A DNA stretch of 64,000 nucleotides, from positions 273,742 through 337,741 of the forward strand of contig JABZFP010000041.1 of assembly GCA_014237395.1 (NCBI GenBank). The letters are read 5' to 3'. The stretch is from Desulfobacteraceae bacterium (GTDB lineage Bacteria > Desulfobacterota > Desulfobacteria > Desulfobacterales > UBA5852). The notes beneath the pieces were generated by a model. The model saw only the letters and a program-made list of their open reading frames with translations. It had not been told where the DNA came from and searched no databases. Shown in pieces: positions 8,702-19,033 of this stretch. The position numbers were made by a program, and so were the translations under genes. How positions within the stretch are numbered: the first letter of the stretch is position 1; each line of letters opens with the position of its first letter.

Positions 8702-9928
8702 TTATTTGATCCATTTGATTTCGCGAGCGGTTTTCTTTCCGATTAGCGTGTAGTTCAGATTGGGCGGCATGGACGACTGGGTTTTTGAGAGGGGAATCCG
8801 ACTGCCCATGATTTCCGCCGCCTGCTGGGGGTAGAGCGGCAGGCGATCAGGATTGGCGTATCCTTCGGGGAAAACGGGCTGTTGGGTTGCCATGTCATAT
8901 TTGTCCCGGGCGCCTACGGTATGGAGGATTTCATGGGCGATAACCACCTGGTTTTTGGGCTCCAGTCGATAATCGGCATAGGCATGGACCACACCGAACA
9001 GTCCCTTGCGCATTCCCAGGGAGTTTTCCAGTCGATCGGGTGTGCCGGCATCATGATAGACCGTAAAGATTTTGATGTCCGGTGACGGTCCCTCGGTAAA
9101 GGTGTCATTCTGATAAACCCAGAAGCGCATTTTGAGGCTCCACCACATGACGGCGAGGGGGTTCCGGCTCTGGGGCGGCGCCGGCGGCAGCGCGGCGACC
9201 GTCGGGGCCAGCCGAATCGTGAATGGCTCCACTAAAGGGAGATCGTGGGCATCGGCCTCTTCGGCAAAAAAATCGGCTATGGGTCGGAACTGTTCCTCGT
9301 CCAGACTGTCGATATAGTGGGTGATGTGCTCCTTCTGGTCGCCGTTGATGGGGTAGATACCGACCCAAAGGGGCTCATCCCAATCAGTGGCCCAGCGCCC
9401 GGTCATGACAGTATTCATGCCGACGATAAACAGCACCAGTAGTAGGAGACCGATGCGTGCCGTTTTCCAGAGGTTTTTGGTTGACCCCGCAGCACTTTCG
9501 GCCGTCGATACGGGCACGGTGACCTTGGCAATCGGGGCCGGCCGAGGTGTTTCGGCGGGTTTGATCAGAAATTCACCGCATTGCAGGCAGGTGGTGGAGC
9601 GGCTCTGGGAAAAATGGCAATTCGGGCACACCACCATGGTCGCATCGCGTGCGGCCACAGCGGCCGTGGATGGTGCGGTTTCGGCCGGATCATCGCAGGG
9701 TTCGAGTTCAAAAATGACACCACAGCCAGCCGCTGCTTTCTGGTATTTCTTGGCGGTGACCTCGTCCACCTTTTTGCGGATGGTCACGGATTGGCCAGCA
9801 AAGAGGGTGTCGACTTTTTCAGGCTTCAGCTTGAAAATCCGGGCCAGTTTTTCCTTGGCTTCGTCAATATCGTATTCAGGCGAGAATTCCCCGTGAAAAA
9901 CAACATCATACAACATGGCTTGCAACAT
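8702..9928 (-). CDS. Membrane-anchored protein with an N-terminal zinc ribbon and a C-terminal metzincin-like HExxHxxGxxD motif. Putative metallopeptidase; family not recognised.
   Basis: CPNCH-x11-CLQCG (nt 9578-9628). One TM helix, IGLLLLVLFIVGMNTVM. HEILHTVGARD at nt 8903-8935. Confidence 0.6.
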   Translation of the reverse strand: MLQAMLYDVVFHGEFSPEYDIDEAKEKLARIFKLKPEKVDTLFAGQSVTIRKKVDEVTAKKYQKAAAGCGVIFELEPCDDPAETAPSTAAVAARDATMVVCPNCHFSQSRSTTCLQCGEFLIKPAETPRPAPIAKVTVPVSTAESAAGSTKNLWKTARIGLLLLVLFIVGMNTVMTGRWATDWDEPLWVGIYPINGDQKEHITHYIDSLDEEQFRPIADFFAEEADAHDLPLVEPFTIRLAPTVAALPPAPPQSRNPLAVMWWSLKMRFWVYQNDTFTEGPSPDIKIFTVYHDAGTPDRLENSLGMRKGLFGVVHAYADYRLEPKNQVVIAHEILHTVGARDKYDMATQQPVFPEGYANPDRLPLYPQQAAEIMGSRIPLSKTQSSMPPNLNYTLIGKKTAREIKWIK

Positions 9929-10297
9929 CCTTGATGGTCCAAAAAACCGCGCTATCTGTCGTTCGGCGGGTTCCTCGGCTTGGTTTGAAAGTCACTTATC
10001 GGTGTTTCCGGCGCAAAACTTGAACACGGGGACTTCGGTCTTCCCGTTTCGTGACATTGCGTGTTCGGCCCGCGGTCTCCTTCTCGATAGGTTTGGTATA
10101 ACTATTGGCAATTAATTTAAAAACATATCAAATGGAAGCGCGAGAGGCAAGTCAAGGTCGGTAGGAATTGTCACGGCCGGGCGGGTTTGCCCATCGCCGT
10201 ATCCATGATGGCCACAAGGCGGAGGCCCCCATCGTCAAAGGGTTGTCCCCATTACTGTCGATCCTCCGGTTTCCGACAGGGCTTTCAAAAGCGCTCC

Positions 10298-10963
10298 CTA
10301 TGGCATGGCCCCTTCATTTTTAGGCCGCATGCGCAGGAGGAGGATGGCGACACTGCCCTCTTCGGAACGGAGCGTATTTCGGGTGATTTCGATGTGGAAA
10401 TCGGCCTGCATCAACTCCAAGAAGGCGCGGTTGGTCTGGCGCACTTCGCCGGCCAGCAGGATTTCACCGCCCGGCTTCAGGAGGGACTTGAAAAGGCGGT
10501 TGAGCGCCGGGAAGTCTTTTTCGTTGTAGATCAATTCCGACCCGACGATGCGGTCGAAGCGGCGTGCTAATGCGGGTTGCAGCCAGTCCAGATGTTCAAT
10601 ACGGTCCTGGGGGCATTGGTTTAGATGGGCGTTGGCCCTGATGAAGTTGAGGGCGTGGGCATCATATTCCGTGATGGTGATGTGGTGCTGAAACACAGCG
10701 GCGACGATGCCCACGACACCCAGCCCGGCGCCCAGTTCGAGCCAGCGCTGGCCAGCCACCGGCGGCGTCGCTGCCAGGCGATGGGCGAGCACCAGGGACG
10801 CTTCCCATATTTTGGTCCAGAGGGGAAACTGATGGAAGAGGTCCTCCGGATCTAAAAATTGCTCCAGGCGCTGTGGCACCAGAAAGCGGAACGGGTGCTT
10901 GCTGATGACCGATTCCCTCACCTCGGTTTGATATTGTCGATGAAATGCGTCGATGGAAAACAT
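10298..10963 (-). CDS. Class I SAM-dependent methyltransferase.
   Basis: Motif I WLELGAGLGVVGIVAA. Later LLKPGGEILLAG. Confidence 0.7.
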   Translation of the reverse strand: MFSIDAFHRQYQTEVRESVISKHPFRFLVPQRLEQFLDPEDLFHQFPLWTKIWEASLVLAHRLAATPPVAGQRWLELGAGLGVVGIVAAVFQHHITITEYDAHALNFIRANAHLNQCPQDRIEHLDWLQPALARRFDRIVGSELIYNEKDFPALNRLFKSLLKPGGEILLAGEVRQTNRAFLELMQADFHIEITRNTLRSEEGSVAILLLRMRPKNEGAMP

Positions 10964-11060
10964 GGATTGCAGTGCCCCTTTTTTCGGCGAGGATTAAGTC
11001 AAGCCCCCGGTCATTGAATCGGTCTATATCATTTTGGGCCTTGTTTGTCAGTGGTGGTGT

Positions 11061-11091
11061 GGACACGAACACGCCCGGCGTGTTCGTGTCC
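11061..11091. repeat. 31-bp perfect palindrome (15+1+15) in a divergent promoter region.
   Basis: GGACACGAACACGCC-C-GGCGTGTTCGTGTCC, verified base by base. Confidence 0.9.
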
Positions 11092-11304
11092 AGGAAAAAT
11101 TCGAACGAAAGGGGGAGCGATAGGGAAATGGGTGCATTGGCTGGAGACTTTTTCCGGGATGCGCATATGGGGGGCGGGATTGACGTGGCGGCACCGGCAA
11201 TGATAACAGCATGGGTGATCCAGTATTTTATTGCGCTGAATTTATTAGTGATTTGGTGTCCGGCAGCGAACCTTGGCGGCGACCCAATCTTAAAGGATGA
11301 CATC

Positions 11305-12741
11305 ATGGCATCGTTTTCAAAATCGGGTATGTCACGGGAAGATGTGTTTTCCCGCCTGGAGGCGTTTCGTCAAAACGATATAAAATGGCAGGATGGCCGC
11401 GTATTCGGCTACATCTTTGATCCGGGTCAGGCGGTGCAGGACATTGCCAAACAGGCCTACACCATGTTTTTATCGGAAAACGGCCTGGATTTTTCCGTGT
11501 TCCAGAGCCTGTTGATACTGGAAAAAGAGTTGGCGGCCATCGGCCGCCGTCATCTTCGAGGCGATGCCGATGTGGTGGGTAATTTTACATCAGGCGGCAC
11601 GGAGAGCATCCTGCTGGCGGTCAAGGCGGCCCGCGATTACTATCGGGCCATCCGACCGGAGATAACGGCGCCGGAAATGATCCTGCCTACCACGGCGCAT
11701 GCCGCCTTTCACAAAGCCGGCCACTATTTAGACGTTAACGTAGTGCGTGTCGCGGTGGATCCAACGACCTTCCGGGCCGATCCGGCCGCCATCGAAGCGG
11801 CGATCACGCCGAACACGATCCTGCTGGTGGGCTCGGCGCCGTCCTATTCCCACGGCGTTGTGGACCCGATTGCGGATCTGGGACGCATCGCCCTCGACCA
11901 TGAATTGTGGCTGCATACCGATGCCTGCATGGGGGGCTTTCTGCTGCCCTATTTTCGTCGTCTGGGGGCCCCGGTGCCGGATTTTGATTTCAAGGTCCCG
12001 GGGGTTTCCTCCATTTCCATGGATCTTCATAAATACGCTTACACCCCCAAAGGGGCCTCGCTGGTGCTCTACCGCCACAAGGACCTGCGCAAGCATCAAC
12101 TGTTTGCCTGCTCCCACTGGATCGGTTACACGATTGTCAACAACGCCGTCCAGAGCAGTAAATCGGGCGGGCCGATGGCGGCCGCCTGGGCCGTGCTGAA
12201 TACGATCGGCGATGACGGCTATCTTGACATTGCCCGCAAGAAATTGGAAGCGACCCAAAAAATTGCGGACGGTATCGCGGTGATGGACGGATTGCGCCTG
12301 CTGACGCGACCGGATATGTGCCTGATATCCTTTACGACAACTCAGGGCTCCGTGTTTCACCTCGTGGATGAAATGAATGCCCGGGGCTGGTATATCCAGC
12401 CGGCGCTGTCGTTCGAGAATTCCCCGGCCCATGTTCACTTGTCCATCAATGCCTCGAACGTTGGCCGGGAAGCGGCGCTGCTGGCCGATCTCAAGGAATG
12501 CGTGGCGGCGATCGCTACCATGCCGACCGGGGATCTGGTCCAGCTGGTTCAAAGCGGGTTAGACGGCATTGATCTGGCCGGCTTGTCCGAGAAGGAGTTG
12601 GCGGACATGCTGGCCCTGGCCGGTATCGGTGATGAGGGCCTGCCGCATCGCATGGCGGAGATCAACGGCGTCCTGGATGCCCTGCCCCCGAAGGTCCGGG
12701 AACAGCTCCTGGTGACCTTCGTCAACAATCTTTTTAGCTGA
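11305..12741 (+). CDS. PLP-dependent group II decarboxylase-fold enzyme, sphingosine-1-phosphate-lyase-like.
   Basis: ATG at 11305 follows AAAGGA. FTSGGTESILLAVKAARDY and SISMDLHKYAYTPKGASLVLYR (PLP lysine) closely resemble SPL motifs. Confidence 0.8.
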   Translation: MASFSKSGMSREDVFSRLEAFRQNDIKWQDGRVFGYIFDPGQAVQDIAKQAYTMFLSENGLDFSVFQSLLILEKELAAIGRRHLRGDADVVGNFTSGGTESILLAVKAARDYYRAIRPEITAPEMILPTTAHAAFHKAGHYLDVNVVRVAVDPTTFRADPAAIEAAITPNTILLVGSAPSYSHGVVDPIADLGRIALDHELWLHTDACMGGFLLPYFRRLGAPVPDFDFKVPGVSSISMDLHKYAYTPKGASLVLYRHKDLRKHQLFACSHWIGYTIVNNAVQSSKSGGPMAAAWAVLNTIGDDGYLDIARKKLEATQKIADGIAVMDGLRLLTRPDMCLISFTTTQGSVFHLVDEMNARGWYIQPALSFENSPAHVHLSINASNVGREAALLADLKECVAAIATMPTGDLVQLVQSGLDGIDLAGLSEKELADMLALAGIGDEGLPHRMAEINGVLDALPPKVREQLLVTFVNNLFS

Positions 12742-12807
12742 GGCCAAGGTTTTTTAAAAGGGCGGCGGACCATACGCTGCGACCGGCCGCCATGGAAAGG
12801 ATAGACG

Positions 12808-14193
12808 ATGTCGCCGCCATACCCGTTCGACACCATGCTGGTGTTCGTTTTTTTGTCCGCCATGTTGGTGTGCGGCGTGGTCCTGCGCGCCAGGGTGCGT
12901 CTTGTCCAGACATTCTTGTTTCCCAGTTGTCTGGTGGGCGGGGTTCTGGGGTTGGTGCTCGTCCACACGGGATTGTTTGCGATCGACAGGTCCACCGTCG
13001 AAGCCGTGGCCTACCATTTTTTTAACATTTCTTTCATATCGGTCGGTTTGACGCCGAACGAGGCAACGAACGGTTCCAGCCGGGGGTGGCAAAAGTTGAG
13101 GGGTGCCGGATGGATGGCGCTCATGCAGGGCCTGACGTTTCCCCTCCAGGCGATACTGAGCGGTCTGATCGTCCTGTTGCTCGGTATGGCCGGGATGGAC
13201 CTGTTTCCCACCTTTGGGTTCCTGGTGCCGCTGGGGTTCAATGAAGGGCCGGGCCAGGCCCTGTCAATTGGAAAAGTGTGGGAATCGCTGGGGTTTGGGC
13301 ATGCCGCCACCATTGGTCTCACCTTTGCGGCGGCCGGCTATTTCTGCAGTTTTTTTATAGGCGTGCCCCTCGTCAATCGCGGCATTCGCAGGGGGCATGC
13401 CGCCCATGGGCCTCGCCGGCTGCCACCGGATTTTATCACCGGTATCCTGCCCCGTGAAGCGACAAACGCATCGGCCGGCCGGTTGACCCTTCATAGCGGC
13501 AATGTCGATACCCTGGCGTTTCAAATGGCACTGGTGGGCATCGTCTACGGCCTGACCTATGGTCTCGTGCGTCTGCTGGGGACCCTGATGCCGGCCGACG
13601 CGGCGGCTATTCTATGGGGGTTTTTCTTCTTTTTCGGCCTGGTCGTTGCCTTCATTCTCCGGAAGGGAATGCAGCTCGTGCGCGTTGCCCATCTGGTGGA
13701 TGACGGCATTCAGCGTCGCATCACAGGGTGGTCGGTGGATTATCTGATCGTTGCCACGGTGGCGGCGATTCAGCTAAAGATTGTATGGCAGTATGGCGTG
13801 CCGATAGGCTTGATGGCGGTGGCCAACGGTATCATGACAACGCTTCTGGTGGTATGGCTCGGTCGGCGGTTGGCTGAGTTTCCGCTGGAGCGGACGGCGG
13901 CCATCTACGGGACGGTAACCGGCACCGTGTCCTGCGGTTTGTTGTTGCTGCGCATCAGCGATCCGGACTTTCGTACACCGGTGGCGTTTGAAATGGCCTT
14001 GATGAACGTTCTGGTGCTGCCCATCGTGGGGGGCTGCACCGTCCTGGTCAATGCGCCCTTATGGTGGGGATGGCCCATCGGTTTGACGATGATGGTTTTC
14101 GCCGCCATTTCCGGTGCGGCACTGGGGGCGATGGTCCTGCTGGGTTATTTAGGCCGCCGTCGTATGTCATTGTCGACCGCGGAAAAAGCTTAG
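12808..14193 (+). CDS. Polytopic membrane transporter, possibly of the sodium/glutamate symporter (GltS) family.
   Basis: More than 10 predicted hydrophobic helices. The N-terminal pattern L..R.....Q.FLFPS.LVGG.LG is reminiscent of GltS. RBS GGAAAGGA. Confidence 0.5.
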   Translation: MSPPYPFDTMLVFVFLSAMLVCGVVLRARVRLVQTFLFPSCLVGGVLGLVLVHTGLFAIDRSTVEAVAYHFFNISFISVGLTPNEATNGSSRGWQKLRGAGWMALMQGLTFPLQAILSGLIVLLLGMAGMDLFPTFGFLVPLGFNEGPGQALSIGKVWESLGFGHAATIGLTFAAAGYFCSFFIGVPLVNRGIRRGHAAHGPRRLPPDFITGILPREATNASAGRLTLHSGNVDTLAFQMALVGIVYGLTYGLVRLLGTLMPADAAAILWGFFFFFGLVVAFILRKGMQLVRVAHLVDDGIQRRITGWSVDYLIVATVAAIQLKIVWQYGVPIGLMAVANGIMTTLLVVWLGRRLAEFPLERTAAIYGTVTGTVSCGLLLLRISDPDFRTPVAFEMALMNVLVLPIVGGCTVLVNAPLWWGWPIGLTMMVFAAISGAALGAMVLLGYLGRRRMSLSTAEKA

Positions 14194-14294
14194 CATCCCA
14201 TCGTGGTTTTGTGAACGACGATTCCTGTTGGCCGGAACGTCATGTAGGCGTATAGGATTGAGATCGATTCATAGGACGTGAAAGGAGGTGGCCG

Positions 14295-14795
14295 ATGAGC
14301 GGTCGTGCCGGTCGTTGGATGACGATGATGCTCCTGGCAATGCTGCTGAGCCTGCAAGCGTGCGCCCGGAGCGTGCCGGAAGTGCGTCATGTTGCAGTAA
14401 ACGCGCGTTTTAACCTGCTGATCGCCAGCGATGCCAGTGGTTTCAAAGATGCGGTTCGGGGGCGGGTGTTCGATCACTACACACCTTCGGGCAATGTCGA
14501 GGTGGTGAACATCGGAAGCCTTAAAACACGCAAGGCCGAGGATTTCGATGCCGTTCTGATCATAGACACCTGCCTGGGATGGTCCCGCTTTAACCCGTCC
14601 ATGAAAGCTTTTTTAGATGGTGCCCAGGATCCTGACCGCGTCGTTCTTTTCATGACCGTGGACGACACGGAGTGGGATTTCACCTACCAGGGTGTCGATG
14701 CGATTACCGCGGCGTCCACGATTGAGGATGAGGCCCGTGTGGCGGCCGTGTTGATCCAAAAAATCGACCAGATCCTGCAGGCGCGAATGCCCTAG
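14295..14795 (+). CDS. Hypothetical lipoprotein.
   Basis: Signal peptide with lipobox LSLQAC. RBS GAAAGGAGG upstream. Confidence 0.6.
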   Translation: MSGRAGRWMTMMLLAMLLSLQACARSVPEVRHVAVNARFNLLIASDASGFKDAVRGRVFDHYTPSGNVEVVNIGSLKTRKAEDFDAVLIIDTCLGWSRFNPSMKAFLDGAQDPDRVVLFMTVDDTEWDFTYQGVDAITAASTIEDEARVAAVLIQKIDQILQARMP

Positions 14796-14945
14796 CCGGA
14801 CACCGTCGGGGCGAACTCGGCTCGAAGATATCCGCCTGGAAATGTAACCTTACGTTCGACCCCGGCTCAAAAGAAACAAAACGCGAGCACCCAAAGCCGC
14901 AGGTTGTCCACCCTTTTTATACGTTGAGAAAATGGAGACCTACCC

Positions 14946-15143
14946 ATGACAATGGAATACTATATTCGTGCCATCGCCGGAACATTTATTCTTTTATCCC
15001 TTGCGCTGGGCTATTTTTACAGCCCCTATTGGTTTCTTTTTACAGGGTTTGTGGGGCTGAATCTGCTGCAGTCGGCCTTTACGGGATGGTGTCTGATGGA
15101 AACATTTCTCGGTAAACTGGGCGTGGCTCGCGCCGGCTGTTGA
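14946..15143 (+). CDS. DUF2892 (YgaP-like) small membrane protein.
   Basis: RAIAGTFILLSLALGYF...FTGFVGLNLLQSAFTGWC pattern typical of DUF2892. Confidence 0.7.
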   Translation: MTMEYYIRAIAGTFILLSLALGYFYSPYWFLFTGFVGLNLLQSAFTGWCLMETFLGKLGVARAGC

Positions 15144-15324
15144 TCTTCCGTTTCCCCCGGAAATTGATTTGCGCACGGCCGGTGCTTCCGCTATCCTGCC
15201 CAACACCATAGGGGGCGGCCGCGATTAATGTGGTTTGGCCCCCTTCCTCCGATAACGCCTCATCCAATCGTACCAGAAGACCATAACCGTTTAAGGCTTT
15301 TGTTCCCCCCAAAGGAGGTTTGCC

Positions 15325-16008
15325 ATGACCATCAACGTTACCTGGTTAAGTCATGCCTGTCTGCTTATCGATACGGGAGATGCCACGCTTTTGGTGGACC
15401 CGTTCATCACCGGCAATCCGCTGGCACCGATTGCCGTGGACGCGATCCAGGCGGGTTACATTCTGGTGTCGCACGGCCACGGTGACCATGTGGGGGATAC
15501 GGTTGCCATTGCGCAGCGTACGGGGGCCACGGTCATCTCCAATTTCGAAATTCACAACTGGCTGCTGGCCCAGGGCGTGGAAAAAGCGCATCCCCAGCAC
15601 ATTGGCGGCGGGTTCGACTATCCTTGGGGGCGCGTCAAACTGACCATCGCCCACCATGGTTCGGCCCTGCCGGATGGATCCTACGGCGGTAATCCCTGCG
15701 GGTTCCTATTTTATATTCAGGGCAAGAAAATCTATCATGCCTGTGATACGGGATTGTTCTACGATATGAAGCTAATCGGTGAGGAGGGTATTGATCTGGC
15801 GGTACTGCCCATTGGCGACAATTTTACCATGGGGCCGGACGACAGCCTGCGGGCGGTCAAATTGATTGAACCGGCTCGCGTTTTACCGATTCACTACGAC
15901 ACCTTTGATGTCATTCAACAGGACGCCATGGCCTGGAAAACCCGTGTGGAGCAGGAAACCAACACGAAGGTGGCGGTTCTGAAACCGGGCGAATCCCTGG
16001 CGCTGTGA
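15325..16008 (+). CDS. Metallo-beta-lactamase-fold hydrolase, UPF0173 family.
   Basis: SHGHGDH metal-binding motif. LVDPFITGNP. About 227 aa. RBS AAAGGAGG. Confidence 0.8.
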   Translation: MTINVTWLSHACLLIDTGDATLLVDPFITGNPLAPIAVDAIQAGYILVSHGHGDHVGDTVAIAQRTGATVISNFEIHNWLLAQGVEKAHPQHIGGGFDYPWGRVKLTIAHHGSALPDGSYGGNPCGFLFYIQGKKIYHACDTGLFYDMKLIGEEGIDLAVLPIGDNFTMGPDDSLRAVKLIEPARVLPIHYDTFDVIQQDAMAWKTRVEQETNTKVAVLKPGESLAL

Positions 16009-16087
16009 CGTTACCGGAGGGGTGCCGCAGCGCCTTCGCAAGACCGTCATGATCAACGAAAAGAGATGGAACGCGAGGGCGTGGCGC

Positions 16088-18418
16088 TCAGTCATCTAAG
16101 ATCGAACGCAGTTTCCGTGACAGGGTCCCCAAATCGAAAGGTTTCTGGATGAAGCCCCGGCACCCCCGCTGTAAAATATCGGAGGCCTGGCCGTTGAGAC
16201 TGTAACCGCTGGAGAGCAGTACGCGGATATCCGGGTCCATGGTTTTCAAAGCATCGTATGTTTGGCCGCCCCCCATGGTCGGCATGACCATATCCAGAAT
16301 GACCAGATCAATCGCATCCTGCTCACGATGATAGCGCTCGATCGCATCCTTGCCGCTGCCGGCTGTTTTGACGCGATAGCCGAGTTTTTCGAGTAGTTTT
16401 TGCCCGACTTCAAGGATCATTTTTTCGTCGTCCACCAGCAGGATGGTTTCCTTGCCGGGACGGATATCGTCAGCAGCGGCCTTTGTCTGCAGAGCGCTTT
16501 TTTCGGAGGCGGGAAGATAAATATTGAAGGTCGTCCCGCGTCCCTTTTCGCTGTAAACCGTTATCTGGCCGGCGTGGTTGCGGAGAATGCCGAAAACCGA
16601 GGCCAACCCCAAACCGGTGCCTCGTCCCATCTCGCGGGTCGTGAAAAACGGCTCAAAAATACGGTCGCGGGTGGCGGCATCCATGCCGCTGCCCGTGTCT
16701 GTCACCGCCACTTTCACATAATCGCCCGGCGTCAGGTCCGCTGGACGAGTATCATCAGGCGACAACGAAACATTGGCGGTCTTGAGATACAAATCACCGC
16801 CTGCCGGCATGGCTTGCCAGGCGTTGACATAGAGATTCAGCAGGACCTGTTCGATTTGGCCCGGGTCGACTTCCACGGCACGAAGGCCCGGGTCAAAAGC
16901 GGTTTGAATGCGGATTTCCTTGTGGGTTCGTCCGAACATCCGGGCCGAATCGGCGACCAGGTGATTTAAGTCGAGGGGCCGGACCTCGTATTTACCGCCC
17001 CGGGCAAACCCCAGCAATTGTCGGGTCAGATCGACCGCGCTGCGGATATAGGCCTGGATCCCCTGCAGGTGTTCGTAATGCGGGTGATCACCGGTCGTGT
17101 CGGTTAGCATGAGAGAATTGCGCCCCTGGATTCCCATGAGCAGGTTGTTGAAATCATGGGCGATGCCGCCGGCCAGGGTGCCGATCGCTTCCATTTTCTG
17201 GGCGTGGCGCAGCTGGGCTTCCAGTTTTTTGCGCTCCTGGGCGGCCGCTTTGAGGTGGCTGATGTCGCGGGTAATGACAAGCGCGTGCGGCACCTGCTCA
17301 AGGGCGAAGACTTTGGCGGACACCAGGCCGGTGCGAACACGGCCGTCGCGGGTTTTAAATTCCGCTTCCAGATTGCTGACGGCGCCATGCGCCGTCAGAG
17401 CGGCCAGCATCTGTTGCCGCTGTTCCGCGTGATGCCAGAGGCCGATTTCCCCCGCGGTGGTGCCGATGATTTCCTGGCGCGAATAGCCGGTGTGGGATGC
17501 AAAAGCGTCGTTGATGTCGACACAACAACTGTCCGACACTCTTATGATGGCCACCGGGTCGGGAATGGTTCGATAGACCGTACGAAAGCGCGCTTCGCTT
17601 TCCTTCAGAGCGGCTTCGGCCTTTTTCAGTACGGTAATATCGGTGTAAAGGGCGACGACACCCCGCAGTTCATTTTCGACGTAGATGGGTGACCCGGCCG
17701 CAATGACCTGAATCGGGTGCCCGTCTTTGTGATAGCGAACGGTTTCGAACGGTTGGAGCACCTTTCCGGCGATAACATCGCGGGTGCAGGTATTGGCTTC
17801 TTCGACCACGTCCGGGCGTGTCACCAGATCATCAAGATCACGACCGACGGTTTCGTTACGGTCATATCCGAACATTTTTTCGGCGGCTGGATTCCAGTCT
17901 ATCACATGGTGGCGGTCGTCCAGCGTGACAATGGCATCCGGCGCGTGATAGAGAACCGACTCAAGGAACTTCTGGCGCCGTTGCATTTCGAGTTCGGCTT
18001 GCCGGCGTTCGGAAATATCCTCCGCCATGCCGATAATCCGGAGGACGTTGCCGTCGGCATCGCGAATGGCAAACCCCCGGTCCACGATCCAACGAACGGT
18101 GCCGTCGGGCCGTAAGATGCGGTATTCATGCGAAGCACTCTGGCGTGAGGCGGCGATGGCAAGGAAAGCGGCTTCGGCACGATCACGGTCATCCGGATGA
18201 ATGCTTTCGCGCCATTCTTCGTGGCGGCCGTATAGCTTCTCCAGCGGGCGGCCCCAGACATGTTCGTAAGCCGGGCTGGCATAGATCAGGCGTTGCTTCA
18301 GCCAATCGAAAACCCATACGACATTTTGATTGTGGGATGTCGTTTCATCGAAAAAGGCGGCGGCATCCTGGAGAAGGGCGTTGTAGCGCACGGATATGGT
18401 GTCGGATGTTTCGTTCAT
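16088..18418 (-). CDS. Hybrid sensor histidine kinase: multiple PAS domains, HisKA, HATPase and a receiver.
   Basis: H-box [12 protein letters not shown]-boxes DTGSGM and GTGLGLA. C-terminal receiver ILLVDDE...[10 protein letters not shown]. The likely start is ATG at 18418 (MNETSD). Confidence 0.85.
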   Translation of the reverse strand: MNETSDTISVRYNALLQDAAAFFDETTSHNQNVVWVFDWLKQRLIYASPAYEHVWGRPLEKLYGRHEEWRESIHPDDRDRAEAAFLAIAASRQSASHEYRILRPDGTVRWIVDRGFAIRDADGNVLRIIGMAEDISERRQAELEMQRRQKFLESVLYHAPDAIVTLDDRHHVIDWNPAAEKMFGYDRNETVGRDLDDLVTRPDVVEEANTCTRDVIAGKVLQPFETVRYHKDGHPIQVIAAGSPIYVENELRGVVALYTDITVLKKAEAALKESEARFRTVYRTIPDPVAIIRVSDSCCVDINDAFASHTGYSRQEIIGTTAGEIGLWHHAEQRQQMLAALTAHGAVSNLEAEFKTRDGRVRTGLVSAKVFALEQVPHALVITRDISHLKAAAQERKKLEAQLRHAQKMEAIGTLAGGIAHDFNNLLMGIQGRNSLMLTDTTGDHPHYEHLQGIQAYIRSAVDLTRQLLGFARGGKYEVRPLDLNHLVADSARMFGRTHKEIRIQTAFDPGLRAVEVDPGQIEQVLLNLYVNAWQAMPAGGDLYLKTANVSLSPDDTRPADLTPGDYVKVAVTDTGSGMDAATRDRIFEPFFTTREMGRGTGLGLASVFGILRNHAGQITVYSEKGRGTTFNIYLPASEKSALQTKAAADDIRPGKETILLVDDEKMILEVGQKLLEKLGYRVKTAGSGKDAIERYHREQDAIDLVILDMVMPTMGGGQTYDALKTMDPDIRVLLSSGYSLNGQASDILQRGCRGFIQKPFDLGTLSRKLRSILDD

Positions 18419-18723
18419 GGTAAAGGCTTTTTTAAGCGCCCCGATATGGGATGAGGCTATCGTGGCAATTGTTTGGTGACAGTGAACTTGCGTGGATGTT
18501 TGGCTGAAAAATGACACCCTGCTTTTCTGCGGGAGTATAGAGGAAATCCGTGTTGTGTGCAAATGCTGTCCATTGTAAACGATCAACAAGACACATCTTG
18601 CCATGGGGTGGTTAAATACCGGCGCTGAAATGTCGTTTGGAAATGGCGCGACCGTTCCTGTTGCCGGGTGGCCAGACAGGCCCGACGCGTGAATGCCATC
18701 GGTCGGCAGGGCAACGTCAAGAA

Positions 18724-18739
18724 TGGCACGGAACTCGCA
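18724..18739 (+). promoter_or_regulatory. Weak candidate sigma-54 promoter.
   Basis: TGGCACGGAACTCGCA has GG-N10-GC spacing and a perfect -24. The -12 is TCGCA. Confidence 0.25.
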
Positions 18740-19033
18740 ATTGCCATCACGGTGGCCGCCTTGAGGCCGGGTGACAAATGGTGTGTCCGGCAGCCGTAAA
18801 ACAAAGCTATTCCATTGAAGTGGGGTGCGCTTGCTTTTAAAACCGAATTTCGATATTAGGGTCGCACTAAAAATGACCGGGTCCGTTTAAGCTTGCCCTC
18901 CCCTGGCGGGCTTTTTATTTAGGCAGAAGGTGTTCTTTGCCGGTGGAACAATCGGATAAACTAGCCATCATTGCCGGGCGGCACGACCTAAGCGACATAG
19001 AATCGGACGGACAGTGGTGAAGGAATTCAGAAG

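Noticed and set aside
10662-11306. 214-aa minus-strand ORF and the 5' extension of ORF 10945-12741. Both translate the peptide DTNTPGVFVS.
   Set aside because: The shared peptide is a by-product of the 31-bp perfect palindrome being read on both strands. The real PLP-enzyme start is ATG at 11305 with an SD. The remainder is intergenic.
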